Shown here in pieces: positions 16,750 to 26,834 of a stretch of DNA of 64,000 bases (within the stretch, counting starts at the first letter, position 1; the number at the start of each line of letters is the position of its first letter). The stretch comes from an uncultured Bdellovibrio sp. (GTDB taxonomy: Bacteria; Bdellovibrionota; Bdellovibrionia; Bdellovibrionales; Bdellovibrionaceae). Below the pieces are notes generated by a model, which was not told the DNA's origin, searched no databases, and saw only the letters and a program-made list of their open reading frames with translations. A program made the position numbers and the translations under genes. The DNA is taken from the NCBI GenBank assembly GCA_963932905.1, contig CAWVRN010000008.1:1-64000 (forward strand). Direction: 5' to 3'.

Positions 16750-18969
16750 TTAGCCGGTGCGTTTTAGTGGTTGATTTTCTGCTTTGCGTTCTTTTAAGTT
16801 TAGCAAGAATAGAATTTCCTCGTGGAAGTCATATTCGAAATTTTTTAATAAACTGATCAGAATCGTCGTATTGATATCTAGGTGGCGTCCGTTGACGACT
16901 AAGCTATATAGAATTTTGATTCGGTCACGCGGATTAAAGTAGACGAACAAGTTGACAAGTTCGCGATGGAAACTTTGATCCTTCAACAAGTTTTTAATTA
17001 AGACGATTTGTTCTTTCTTAAGTGATTCATCTATGCGGTACATATACCAAGACTGAAAAATAATATTGGATTTGTTTTTGACTTTGATGCCACGAACAGT
17101 TGATAACCAGCGGTCGTCGCGCACCTCACCCAAGACAAAGCAGGCGATGCCGAACATTGGGTTTTCAGGTTCGCGGATCAGTTCGTTGATTTTTTCTGTG
17201 AAAGCCAAACGATTCGTCGATGATTTGTATAAACCGATCAGTGCGAATTTAATTATATCCGGGCGGGCGTCATCTAAGTTGCTTAAGAATGTGTGGAACA
17301 GTTCTGGGTTTTGAATTTCACTTAAGCCTTCGATGATAATTCTGCGGTCTTCTTTTTCAGCCGTTTCTAAGTGGTTCAGGAAGACAGAAACCAAATGGCT
17401 CTTCATACGTCTGTGCAATAGTTTGATGGCTTTTTGACGTACGCGAAATGATTCACCTTTGTTAAGTGCAACGCCAATTAAAAAGGAAATCGATTGCGGT
17501 TTGTTTATGTGATTCAATGCTTCGCAAATTGCAAATTTAATTTCTTCCTTTGGATTTGAGAATTGCGATGTAATCAGCTTAATAGATCGCTTAGTCGGAT
17601 AGAATGCTAAAGACTCAATAATGGTTTTGATCAACAGAGTCTTTGGTTTTTGTGCTAATATATCTTTGAACCACTGGTCGTATCCTTTTGGTCGCAAGAA
17701 ACTTAACAGCATGGCGCCGTTAACTCGACGAACCCGATCATGGCTGTGTAAAAACAAATACATCAGATCAGTTAGATGGCCAATGTAGCTTTTCACAAAG
17801 TAGAGCGATGCGATCAGTAGTCCACCCAATGCAATCGCTAATGCTAAAAGTTTTGAATCTGGTGCTAGCCGGTGAACCAGGAATGACAATCCAAATACAG
17901 GTACCAAAGGTATAATAAAGAGCGACATTTGCGATAGCTTTCTAAAATCACTTCGTGTTTTATCGTCAAATGACGACATCAAATTTGTATTAGCCGCAAT
18001 AAAAAAATTACGGAACGTCGCCGAGGCCACGATTCCCAAAAACACGGCACCCATGATCGACTGAGTCACCGAGAAAACTAGCAATCCAATCGCACTCGTT
18101 AGAATAAAATAGTGGATGATTTTTTCTGGCGAAATCCGTGTACGACGGGTGGCCTGAGCCGCATACCAGCCGCTGAGGACTCCCAGTAAATTCGACCCAA
18201 TAACGTAAACGGTAGTGTAAAATACATAGTCGGCTTTATCCGTTACCATTTCTTGCAGATTCGAACGCCATACATATTCTTGGATGGCATAGAAGAAACC
18301 TATCAACAAGCACAACGAGATGTAGGAATTCACAACGCGACGTTTGAAGAACGGTTCTTGCGAGCTGCCTGGGTGTTCCTCAGAAGCCAGTTTGATTTCA
18401 AACGATTCATGTTTGCTAAATAAATACCAAGTGAAAAGAAATAGGCTGCTCCATAGTGCGCCGACGATCATTAAATTTGTGACCGTCGAAACTTTTACGA
18501 TCATCGTTGATCCGACAGCAAAGATAGATCCCAAATCAAGCGCTGCGGAAACAAAATAAGATAGTTCGTTGGCTTTCGAGCGCCCCATATGAAGTAATGA
18601 AATTTCAGTCAGCATCCAGCGTACTAAATTTCTAATCAAACCCGTAATGACAAAGAAAATCAGTGAGGCCGAAATTGCGTGTGGATTAAATCCATTGAAA
18701 AAGAAAATTAGAGAAAAGAACAAACCCACTGTGGCGATGGAGGGTGCCAATCGTTCATTATTTCGCGGAGCACGAATGATCGGTAAATAAATGAGTTCAC
18801 TTAGCAAGAGAGCCGGCAGTGTCCAAATCGCATCAATATGTATTAGAAAATCTGAGTAAGATTGTGCTCTTGAAACCCCAATGGCGGCACCAAAGAGTAG
18901 ACCGAGGAAGATGAATTTTGTTTCTATCGAGTTAAGTTTAAAAACCCAACTTTTTAACTTTGCTGGCAC
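16750..18969 (-). CDS. Polytopic membrane protein (MFS/NTT-like N-domain) fused to HEAT repeats
   Basis: About 11-12 hydrophobic segments in the first ~400 aa, then helical repeats (DRVRRVNGAMLLS, EEIKFAICEALN, RVRQKAIKLL). Confidence 0.65.
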   Translation of the reverse strand: MPAKLKSWVFKLNSIETKFIFLGLLFGAAIGVSRAQSYSDFLIHIDAIWTLPALLLSELIYLPIIRAPRNNERLAPSIATVGLFFSLIFFFNGFNPHAISASLIFFVITGLIRNLVRWMLTEISLLHMGRSKANELSYFVSAALDLGSIFAVGSTMIVKVSTVTNLMIVGALWSSLFLFTWYLFSKHESFEIKLASEEHPGSSQEPFFKRRVVNSYISLCLLIGFFYAIQEYVWRSNLQEMVTDKADYVFYTTVYVIGSNLLGVLSGWYAAQATRRTRISPEKIIHYFILTSAIGLLVFSVTQSIMGAVFLGIVASATFRNFFIAANTNLMSSFDDKTRSDFRKLSQMSLFIIPLVPVFGLSFLVHRLAPDSKLLALAIALGGLLIASLYFVKSYIGHLTDLMYLFLHSHDRVRRVNGAMLLSFLRPKGYDQWFKDILAQKPKTLLIKTIIESLAFYPTKRSIKLITSQFSNPKEEIKFAICEALNHINKPQSISFLIGVALNKGESFRVRQKAIKLLHRRMKSHLVSVFLNHLETAEKEDRRIIIEGLSEIQNPELFHTFLSNLDDARPDIIKFALIGLYKSSTNRLAFTEKINELIREPENPMFGIACFVLGEVRDDRWLSTVRGIKVKNKSNIIFQSWYMYRIDESLKKEQIVLIKNLLKDQSFHRELVNLFVYFNPRDRIKILYSLVVNGRHLDINTTILISLLKNFEYDFHEEILFLLNLKERKAENQPLKRTG

Positions 18970-18976
18970 GTATAAA

Positions 18977-19003
18977 TATTCGGAAGTTCGCCAAAAAACT
19001 CGA
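18977..19003 (-). promoter_or_regulatory. Putative sigma28 (FliA) promoter, leaderless
   Basis: TCGAGTTT-N11-TCCGAATA, 7 nt before the GTG at 18969. Confidence 0.55.
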
Positions 19004-19071
19004 GGGATTGGATTTTTTTATTGATCTTCTGGCTTTAGACCATAGTCTAGTTGGATACAAGGATGGGGACC

Positions 19072-20307
19072 ATGAGAAAACACTTATTAAAAATAGTTAT
19101 TGGAAGTATTTTGTTTGCAACGTCGTTCGTACATGCGCACGTTGTTAGCTCGAACACAACTGTACCAGTTTTAGCCGATTTGCATTTGCTTAAGGCAATC
19201 GGAGTTCCGGTATTTGTTCAAGATCCACAAATCAATCTTGGGTTTGCCTATTTGAGTCCGGATGCTCAAATAAAGTTGAGTTTGCTAGCCCATCGTTATG
19301 GTAAATGTGGTGGTTACGAAGTCGTTCAGGATTTTAATCCCGCAGACACACGAAATGTTAATATTCGTATGAGCTACATTAAAGAACGTTTGCGTCGTGA
19401 TAGCCAATGGGCGACCGGTCCAACCAGCAAAGTTCAAATTCCATTCCGCCAAGACATCGCCGCGGCAACTCAGGCTGCCAGCAAAGAGCAATTGATGAAA
19501 TGGGTGAACTGGCTAAGTGCATTTCCAAATCGTTATAATAAATCTTCAGAACCAAATGCCCACGTTGTTCAATTAAAAGCATTAATCGAACAAATGCGTA
19601 TGCGTGCAAAACGCCAAGTGATGGTGACGTTGATCGACCATAAACAAACAAAACAAAAATCGTTGCGAGTGACTCTGCCGGGTACAACTCGCGCGGATGA
19701 AATCGTTGTTCTCGGTGGACATTTAGATTCGATCAGTTTCGATGGCGATCGCGCTCCGGGATCTGATGATAATGCATCGGGTTCTTCTAACTTGTTAGAT
19801 GCATTGCGCGTATTAATGGCGCAAAAACAATCAACGCGTACAATTGAAATCTTCTGGTACGCTGGTGAAGAATCCGGTTTGTTGGGCTCTGCTGAAATCG
19901 CAGCGGAATACAAAAAAGCAAACAAGAAAGTAGTAGGTGTGCTACAACTTGATATGACGTTATTCCCCGGTGATGGTCCTCGCGTTATTAGCAGCATGAC
20001 TGACTACACTAGCGCATGGATGAGATCAATTTTGACTGAATTAAACAATCACTACGTAAAAGCACAATTGATCGAAGACAAATGTGGCTATGGTTGTTCA
20101 GATCACGCCTCTTGGTTTCGCCAAGGTTACCATACGTTGATTCCATTTGAATCATCGATGAGAAAAATGAACCCATCGATTCATTCTAAAAACGATGCGG
20201 TATCTCCAAAATTGAACTTTGATCATTCGTTATTATTCACTCAGTATGCAATCGCGATTGCGATGGAATTGGGTAACAATACGTCGTTAGTTCCGCCTGC
20301 GTACTAA
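19072..20307 (+). CDS. Secreted M28 leucyl aminopeptidase
   Basis: Signal peptide, CGG propeptide motif, GGHLDS, GSDDNASG, YAGEESGLLGS, LQLDMT, CGYGCSDHASW, IHS. Confidence 0.92.
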   Translation: MRKHLLKIVIGSILFATSFVHAHVVSSNTTVPVLADLHLLKAIGVPVFVQDPQINLGFAYLSPDAQIKLSLLAHRYGKCGGYEVVQDFNPADTRNVNIRMSYIKERLRRDSQWATGPTSKVQIPFRQDIAAATQAASKEQLMKWVNWLSAFPNRYNKSSEPNAHVVQLKALIEQMRMRAKRQVMVTLIDHKQTKQKSLRVTLPGTTRADEIVVLGGHLDSISFDGDRAPGSDDNASGSSNLLDALRVLMAQKQSTRTIEIFWYAGEESGLLGSAEIAAEYKKANKKVVGVLQLDMTLFPGDGPRVISSMTDYTSAWMRSILTELNNHYVKAQLIEDKCGYGCSDHASWFRQGYHTLIPFESSMRKMNPSIHSKNDAVSPKLNFDHSLLFTQYAIAIAMELGNNTSLVPPAY

Positions 20308-20319
20308 CAAAATTCCAAG

Positions 20320-20345
20320 TGCGCTGGAAACGTAAATCCAGCGCA
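20320..20345. terminator. Hairpin between convergent genes
   Basis: TGCGCTGGA-N8-TCCAGCGCA 9-bp stem. Confidence 0.5.
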
Positions 20346-20362
20346 ATCGAAGCCCCGCCCTT

Positions 20363-21619
20363 CTAATTGAAGCTATTTTTCGCACATAAGATAGAACCTT
20401 CGGGAATAGGTTTGTCGAATCCCATTCTGACATTAGATTGGCCGGAATGAACGGTATCTACGGCATGTCCGTTGAACTCGATATCTACAATTTTAACATT
20501 CATTGTGGAAATACCTTTGTCTTTGGGGACCAATGCTTGAATGACTTCATTCTTATTGATTTTTGATTTTGGTTGGACTGCCTGCAGACTTTCGGTCGCT
20601 GTCGATTGAACCACTATACCTAAAAATGTCGATGTGCGATTGGCTTGGTCATTGGTGTAGTTCTGTCCAGTTGATCCGGGATCTCCCTTGAAGAAACCTT
20701 TGTGAAATCCTTTGTGGGAAAGGTTATCAAGTTCGGCCAACAGAGTTTTTCGGAACGGTTTGTTTTCGATCATATCGTCGATGGCTTGCCTGTATATTTT
20801 GGCCACGATTGCCGCATAAAAAACTGATTTAGTTCGACCTTCAATTTTAAATGAACAAACCCCGGCATCCCGCAATTCTTTTAGATGCTCTATCAGGCAA
20901 AGATCCTTGGCGTTGAATAAATAGCTGCCATGTTCATCTTCATCCAATCGGTAGAGAGACCCTGGTTCACGTGTATCTTCAAGCCACAATTCCTTTGGTG
21001 TTTCTTCGGCATGCACCCGATAAGGGTATCGACACGAGTTATCGCAAACCCCCTGGTTGGCGTCCCTATAGCTCATATAATGGGACATCAGGCATCGTCC
21101 AGAATAGGCAATACAAATGGATCCGTGGACGAAGGCTTCTAGCTCTATTTCTGGAACTCGTTGTTTCATTTCTTGAATTTCTTCTAATCGCAATTCACGG
21201 CTCAGAATAACTCGAGTCACGCCTTGGGACTGCCAAAATTTAATAGCTTCCCAGTTCATGCAATTGGCTTGTACAGAGAGATGAATGGGAATGTCTGGAT
21301 GGATAGATTTAGCAATGTTCATTAAGCCAGGATCGCTCATGATCAATCCGTCAGGTTTTACGACGGATAACAACTCGCTAAAGTGCTGTCTGAACGGTGA
21401 TAGTTTTAAATTACGCGCAAAAATGTTTGCTGTTAAATATATTTTTTTTCCTTGGCTATGTACCCAGTCTACATTGCTTTTTATATTGGACAGCGAGAAT
21501 TCATTTTCCCTGGCGCGAAGACTAAATAGTGGCAAACCCGCATAGACAGCATCAGCGCCGAAGTTTATCGCGTACTTCAGTTTTTCAGGACTTCCTGCGG
21601 GCATAAGTAGTTCAACCAT
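20363..21619 (-). CDS. trhP: U32 family protein, TrhP/YegQ-like tRNA hydroxylation protein
   Basis: ELLMPAG, GADAVYAG, HLSVQAN, FVHGSICIAYSGRCLMS, NQGVCDNSCR, FKIEGRTKS. Confidence 0.8.
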   Translation of the reverse strand: MVELLMPAGSPEKLKYAINFGADAVYAGLPLFSLRARENEFSLSNIKSNVDWVHSQGKKIYLTANIFARNLKLSPFRQHFSELLSVVKPDGLIMSDPGLMNIAKSIHPDIPIHLSVQANCMNWEAIKFWQSQGVTRVILSRELRLEEIQEMKQRVPEIELEAFVHGSICIAYSGRCLMSHYMSYRDANQGVCDNSCRYPYRVHAEETPKELWLEDTREPGSLYRLDEDEHGSYLFNAKDLCLIEHLKELRDAGVCSFKIEGRTKSVFYAAIVAKIYRQAIDDMIENKPFRKTLLAELDNLSHKGFHKGFFKGDPGSTGQNYTNDQANRTSTFLGIVVQSTATESLQAVQPKSKINKNEVIQALVPKDKGISTMNVKIVDIEFNGHAVDTVHSGQSNVRMGFDKPIPEGSILCAKNSFN

Positions 21620-21621
21620 AT

Positions 21622-22170
21622 TTAACTCCGACTTTTAGAAAACTCTTTTTCGTGTAGCCACTGGGACTGTCGTGGTGGGCGTTTGGTGTGGCTCCATTCT
21701 TCAAGCATTGCCGGAGCTATTTTTTTTAATTCGCGCATTTCTGACTCGGTTCCTGTCACACAGGTTAGTTCTATACGATGTCCGTTAGGGTCGAAGAAGT
21801 ATATAGAGCGTATGATTCCGTGTTCGGTGATACCTATTACGTCAAGACCACGTTTGATGAGTTCATTTTTCGCGTCCTGTAGGGCTTCACTGTTTTTAAC
21901 TTGGAAAGCAATATGCTGGACCCACGTGGGAGTGTTATGGTCGCGATCCATTTCTTGATGACCTGTAATTTCAAAAAATGCCAAAATGTTTCCGTTTCCA
22001 GCATCTAAAAAAACATGCATATAGGGGTCAGGCTCTTTGGTTGAGGGGACTTTGTCCTCGGCGATGCAGACAAGTAAATCCATGTTTAAATAATTTTTGT
22101 AAAACTCGACGGTTTGTTTTGCATCTTTGCAACGGTAAGCGACATGATGAATTTTTTGAATAGCGATCAT
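21622..22170 (-). CDS. VOC/glyoxalase-superfamily protein
   Basis: IHHVAY, QHIAF, SIYFFDPNGHRIEL motifs. Confidence 0.88.
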   Translation of the reverse strand: MIAIQKIHHVAYRCKDAKQTVEFYKNYLNMDLLVCIAEDKVPSTKEPDPYMHVFLDAGNGNILAFFEITGHQEMDRDHNTPTWVQHIAFQVKNSEALQDAKNELIKRGLDVIGITEHGIIRSIYFFDPNGHRIELTCVTGTESEMRELKKIAPAMLEEWSHTKRPPRQSQWLHEKEFSKSRS

Positions 22171-22886
22171 TGTGTTCTCCGAATTTGTTTTTCAAGTTCC
22201 TCAAGGCCATCGAATAGTTGCTGAACATTTTTCAACACGAATAAAGTCGGCTGCATGATATCGATTCTAAAATCTTGATGGCGTATGGTTTCTACATCAA
22301 ACGGAATTTGGTTAGGAACAGAGCCTAGCGCGTACTCGCACTCTCCAAGGGACGAGGCAATTCCAGCCCCAAAAACTTTGCGGCCGTGTTCTGTTTCAAT
22401 GAGTCCAAATTCGATTGTAAACCAAAAGAACCTTTCGAACTGTCGAAATAGTTCGGGTTGGTGTGAATAGCGAATCGCAATTTCTCCAAATTTTTGGCAA
22501 AAATCAGCGTAATTCCTATCAATAAAAAATGGCAGGTGTCCATAGAGGTCATGAATTATATCCGGCGCGGGCGTGTAGCTAATGTCGTCTTTGTTGCGGA
22601 TAAAATTACCCACGGGAAAAAAACGTTCAGCCAGTAATTGGTAAAATGACGATCCGTCTTCAAGGCCTTCGACAAGTAGGCCCTGAAAACCTGAAATCGA
22701 TTTTAATTTTTTGTTTATCTGGTCCAAATCAGGAATTTGTTCCCCGTTCATCTGTAAGGTCGTAACACCCCGGTTGAAAAGGTCATAAATCTTTGTTTCT
22801 CGTGTTAGTTGATGGCGAGTGAAAACTGTCTTCCAGGTTTCGTTTTCATCCGCACTGAAAGTTCTAGCTCTCTGTGCCTTTGCCAC
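22167..22886 (-). CDS. phhA: Phenylalanine 4-monooxygenase
   Basis: YTPAPDIIHDLYGHLP iron motif, FWFTIEFGL, FGAGIASSLGE; GTG start coupled to hppD stop. Confidence 0.9.
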   Translation of the reverse strand: MAKAQRARTFSADENETWKTVFTRHQLTRETKIYDLFNRGVTTLQMNGEQIPDLDQINKKLKSISGFQGLLVEGLEDGSSFYQLLAERFFPVGNFIRNKDDISYTPAPDIIHDLYGHLPFFIDRNYADFCQKFGEIAIRYSHQPELFRQFERFFWFTIEFGLIETEHGRKVFGAGIASSLGECEYALGSVPNQIPFDVETIRHQDFRIDIMQPTLFVLKNVQQLFDGLEELEKQIRRTQ

Positions 22887-23935
22887 TACAGAACTCCGCG
22901 TTTCATTTGGTCGCGCTCAATCGATTCAAAGAGAGCTTGAAAATTGCCTTCTCCAAAAGATAGGTGGTTTTGCCTTTGAATGAGCTCGATAAAAATGGGT
23001 CCGACTAAATTCTTGGTAAAGATTTGCAAGAGGTAGCCGTCTTCATCGCCATCCACCAATATATTAAATTGCTGAATGGACTTTTTGTCTTCTTTTACAT
23101 TCGGAACTCGTTCAAAGACTTTTTGATAGTAGTTTTCGTCGATATCTAGGGTCTTAATACTGGTTCCTTGAAGCTGCTTCATTGACGAAATCAAATCGTC
23201 TGTCAAGAAGGCCAGATGTTGAACACCCGGTCCTTTGTATTCTTCTAAGTATTCATTAATTTGCGATTTTGATTCCTTGGCTTCATTGATTGGAATGCAG
23301 AATTTTCCACATGGGGATTTCAATGCGAAGGAATTTAGACCTGTTTTTTTTCCTTTGATATCAAAGTAGCGAACTTCAGTGAATCCAAAAATGTCTTTGT
23401 AAAACCGAGCCCAAGTATTCATGGTTCCGTTGTAGACATTGTTTGTAAGGTGATCTATGCGTGTAAAACCTTTCGTGGGGACAACGACGGGATCTTGCAA
23501 GTGAATAAAACCAAGTGATGAAAATAGCGAGGCAATGTCAAATTTATCGGAAGTAAAATAAATCAAACTGTCGCCGATTCCTTGGATGGCAGAAACACGC
23601 CTGCCATTTACCGAGGAATAGTCACATTGGGCGGCTGCCTTGGCTCCTTTTTTTAAACTCGTCGCAAATGCAGATTCGGGATCTGAAAAGCGCCAGCCCA
23701 TTGAGGAAATGCACGGTCCATGTTGTTTCTGAAACTGGAAGCCATAGGTTTCTGGATCATAGTTAAGTAAGAAAACTATTTCATTTTGAACATACAAATC
23801 TATATTTTTATTGTTATGTCGACCTATTTTGGAAAACCCAAATTCCGTGAAAAGCCGATGTAAAGCATCCGGAGCATTTGTGCTGAATTCAACAAAAGAA
23901 ATTCCGTTCATCCCAATTTGATTTTCTGTTTTCAA
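22886..23935 (-). CDS. hppD: 4-hydroxyphenylpyruvate dioxygenase
   Basis: IDHLTNNV, IPINE, SQINEYL, GVQHLAF, LLQIFT, FIELIQR, FGEGNFQALFESIERDQ; TTG start with GGAGG SD. Confidence 0.97.
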   Translation of the reverse strand: MKTENQIGMNGISFVEFSTNAPDALHRLFTEFGFSKIGRHNNKNIDLYVQNEIVFLLNYDPETYGFQFQKQHGPCISSMGWRFSDPESAFATSLKKGAKAAAQCDYSSVNGRRVSAIQGIGDSLIYFTSDKFDIASLFSSLGFIHLQDPVVVPTKGFTRIDHLTNNVYNGTMNTWARFYKDIFGFTEVRYFDIKGKKTGLNSFALKSPCGKFCIPINEAKESKSQINEYLEEYKGPGVQHLAFLTDDLISSMKQLQGTSIKTLDIDENYYQKVFERVPNVKEDKKSIQQFNILVDGDEDGYLLQIFTKNLVGPIFIELIQRQNHLSFGEGNFQALFESIERDQMKRGVL

Positions 23936-24003
23936 GGAGCCTCCAATTCCCTAAAATTATAGTTAAAAAAAGAGTTGAAATATAGATCAAAGATACGATA
24001 AAC

Positions 24004-24024
24004 TTTGTCAAAAAAACTGACAAA
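24004..24024. promoter_or_regulatory. LysR-type operator (T-N11-A palindrome)
   Basis: TTTGTCA-N7-TGACAAA between divergent hppD and LysR gene. Confidence 0.65.
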
Positions 24025-24032
24025 GAGGATTT

Positions 24033-24917
24033 ATGTTTATTTCTTTGGAACAAGCGGCTGCCTTTGATGCTATCGTCGAAAAAGGCACCGTTCAGAAAGC
24101 CGCCGAGAGTTTAAACAAAGGCCATTCAGCTATTCTATATTTAATTCGAACTTTGGAAAGCCAGCTAGATTTGAAACTATTTGATCGTTCTGGATACAGG
24201 AACAAATTAACGACAGAAGGACAGACGGTTCTTAAGTACTGTCGTAAGATGCTGGAGGCTCAAAATGATCTGCGCGCCGTATGTAAAAATCTTCAACAGG
24301 GTTGGGAGCCCAGCTTAAAAATTATCTACGATGGGGTGGTAGATTTTGATTCCATTGGAAACGCGCTTTTTGCTTTAAATGAATTTAAAGCTCCCACTGA
24401 AATAAAATTAGTTTCTGCGTTTTTGGGCGATGTGGAAAGTAAGTATGAAACAGAAGATGCCGACATGATGGTCACCATTTTACCAATAAAGCGAAGGGAG
24501 CTGCAGGCGATCCCGCTTCGTCAATTCCGAATGTTCCTGGTTTCACATCCTGAGCATTCTCTTGGAAAACAAAAGTCACGCAAAATTGAAATTAAAGAGT
24601 TGGAGGATCACACCTACATTCGTGTTGGAGCAGCCTCTCATCCTATCGGTTTAAGTACCGACCGTATTGATTTTAGTTCTTACTTTTATGTGAATGACTT
24701 TCATACAAAGAAACAGGCCATTCTGAAAAAATTGGGTTTTGGGTGGTTGCCAGAATATATGGTGAAAACTGAATTGAAAAATAAATCACTGAAAATCTTG
24801 ACCACGGAAATTCAAAACACAGCGCTGTTTCATCCTAAACTATTTCATCGTAGAACGGAACTTGTTGGGAAAATGGGTCAACACCTGTTAAAAGCGTTTC
24901 GTTTCCAGGATAGTTGA
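24033..24917 (+). CDS. LysR family transcriptional regulator
   Basis: N-terminal HTH (AAESLNKGHSAI...LESQLDLKLFDR), GFGWLP; divergent from hppD. Confidence 0.93.
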   Translation: MFISLEQAAAFDAIVEKGTVQKAAESLNKGHSAILYLIRTLESQLDLKLFDRSGYRNKLTTEGQTVLKYCRKMLEAQNDLRAVCKNLQQGWEPSLKIIYDGVVDFDSIGNALFALNEFKAPTEIKLVSAFLGDVESKYETEDADMMVTILPIKRRELQAIPLRQFRMFLVSHPEHSLGKQKSRKIEIKELEDHTYIRVGAASHPIGLSTDRIDFSSYFYVNDFHTKKQAILKKLGFGWLPEYMVKTELKNKSLKILTTEIQNTALFHPKLFHRRTELVGKMGQHLLKAFRFQDS

Positions 24918-24943
24918 TAACTAGTAAGGCATACATAGTTTGT

Positions 24944-26770
24944 CTATGTTAGTTGACTATCAATTTGCTCTATCGATTCCATAAAGTTCAGAATAGTTTC
25001 TTCTAGACGGTGAACTTCATCACTGCATTCACTGAGTTCCTTGGATATTTCGTTTGCGCGTGGGCCTTTCGCGGTCAGTATTTCTAAATTTAATTCTTCC
25101 ATACGCTTCGATTTAGCATTTAAGATTTCTTCTGATTTTAAAAGTTTACGCTGAAGTTCCTTTTTCTCTGCCTGTAGTTGCTTGGTGCCTTTTCTAACGG
25201 GTTGTTTTTCTTTAGGTGACTCTAGAGTCTGAGGCTTAGCACTTGTCACTGTGCCGGCCATAGCGACAGCTTCTTTATAGCGCTCCCTTAAGGCTCCTTT
25301 TTCCAAGCTCCACAAATAATCATCGTACGTGCCGGGATAAACTTCGGCTTTGCCATCACGAACTTCTAGAATTTTAGTCGCGATACGTCCGATAAAACTT
25401 CGATCATGGCTGACAACAACTAACGAGCCTGGGTATTCACGAAGAGCCTCAGTCAATGCTTCTACAGTGTCGAAATCCAAGTGATTCGTTGGCTCATCTA
25501 GCAGTAACAATGGGCTTCGTTTTAGTAAAATCTGTCCAATGGCTACGCGTGATTTTTCACCACCCGAAAGCACGCGAATTTTCTTGTGAATCGCATCGCC
25601 CGAGAACAGCAATGAGCCGGCCAGATTTAAAATATCTTGTGCCATCACTTCAGGATGAGCCATTTTCTGCAAACTTTCAAGAACGCTATCATTCGGGTCA
25701 AGATCTTCGCTTACATGCTGAGCGTAGTAAGAGAGAGTCACCTGATAGCCCATTTTCAGTTCCCCGGAAACCAATGGCAATCGGCCCGATAACGATTTTA
25801 ACAATGTGGATTTACCGACTCCATTAAATCCCACAACACCTAAATGATCTCCGCGCTCCAAGCGAATATGGCAGTTGCTGACGATGGTTTTATCGCCATA
25901 ACCAAGATGGCCATCCACCATCTGTAGAGTTTCTTTGCCAGTATGAATTGGCGGTGGGATTTTAATTTTTGCTTTAACGGGTAAATCTTTAACTTCGATT
26001 TTTTCCATCTTATCAAGCATCTTCATACGACTTTGCGCTTGTCTGGCTTTGGTCGCTTTCGCCCCGAAGCGATCGATGAAGTCCTGGATACTTTTTCTTT
26101 TGTTTTCTTGATTGGCGGCTTGGGCTTCTAAAATCGTACGAAGTTGAGCCTTTTGTTCAAAGTAGTCGTCGATATGTCCCGGGAATTTGGTAATGTCCGG
26201 AGATTCCACTTCTAAAGTGTGTTCGGTCGTGCGTTTTAAAAACTCACGATCATGCGAAATTAGTAAAAATGCACTTTTGTAACCTTGAAGAAATTTTTCT
26301 AACGTCAAAATACTTTCTAAATCTAAAAAGTTTGTCGGCTCATCTAGCAACATCAAGTTGGGTTGACGACCGATCAGCTGAAGAAGCTTCATACGCATGC
26401 GGTAACCACCGCTGAGCTGCTGAAACGTGGATTTAAAATGATGTTCGGACAATCCTAAATCTAACCCTAAAGCTTTTAATTCCCAGACGGGTGTGATGCA
26501 CGATTCGGCTAGATATTCTTCTGCCGTCAAATCGCCCGGTTCTTTGGCTTCTTGTTCCAGGTAACCTATCACAAGTTTGTTAGATTTTATCAATTCACCA
26601 GAATCTAGAGTTTCTAAACCCGCTAAGATTTTAAACAGGGTAGTCTTGCCAGCGCCATTAGGACCGATAACGCCGACGTGATCGCCTTCGTTAATGGAAA
26701 AACGAGCGTCTTGGAATAGAATTTTTGGGCCGTATTGCTTAGAGCCCGCATAGAGTTGTAGTAAATTCAT
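24944..26770 (-). CDS. ABC-F family ATP-binding protein
   Basis: Two ABC domains (GPNGAGKT, GFNGVGKS, LDEPTN twice, SHDR), no TM, coiled-coil tail. Confidence 0.95.
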   Translation of the reverse strand: MNLLQLYAGSKQYGPKILFQDARFSINEGDHVGVIGPNGAGKTTLFKILAGLETLDSGELIKSNKLVIGYLEQEAKEPGDLTAEEYLAESCITPVWELKALGLDLGLSEHHFKSTFQQLSGGYRMRMKLLQLIGRQPNLMLLDEPTNFLDLESILTLEKFLQGYKSAFLLISHDREFLKRTTEHTLEVESPDITKFPGHIDDYFEQKAQLRTILEAQAANQENKRKSIQDFIDRFGAKATKARQAQSRMKMLDKMEKIEVKDLPVKAKIKIPPPIHTGKETLQMVDGHLGYGDKTIVSNCHIRLERGDHLGVVGFNGVGKSTLLKSLSGRLPLVSGELKMGYQVTLSYYAQHVSEDLDPNDSVLESLQKMAHPEVMAQDILNLAGSLLFSGDAIHKKIRVLSGGEKSRVAIGQILLKRSPLLLLDEPTNHLDFDTVEALTEALREYPGSLVVVSHDRSFIGRIATKILEVRDGKAEVYPGTYDDYLWSLEKGALRERYKEAVAMAGTVTSAKPQTLESPKEKQPVRKGTKQLQAEKKELQRKLLKSEEILNAKSKRMEELNLEILTAKGPRANEISKELSECSDEVHRLEETILNFMESIEQIDSQLT

Positions 26771-26834
26771 ATAGCCTGTTTCATCTTCCCATAATAGATG
26801 CTAATTGGTAAAAATAACTGTTTAGGAGTCACGT

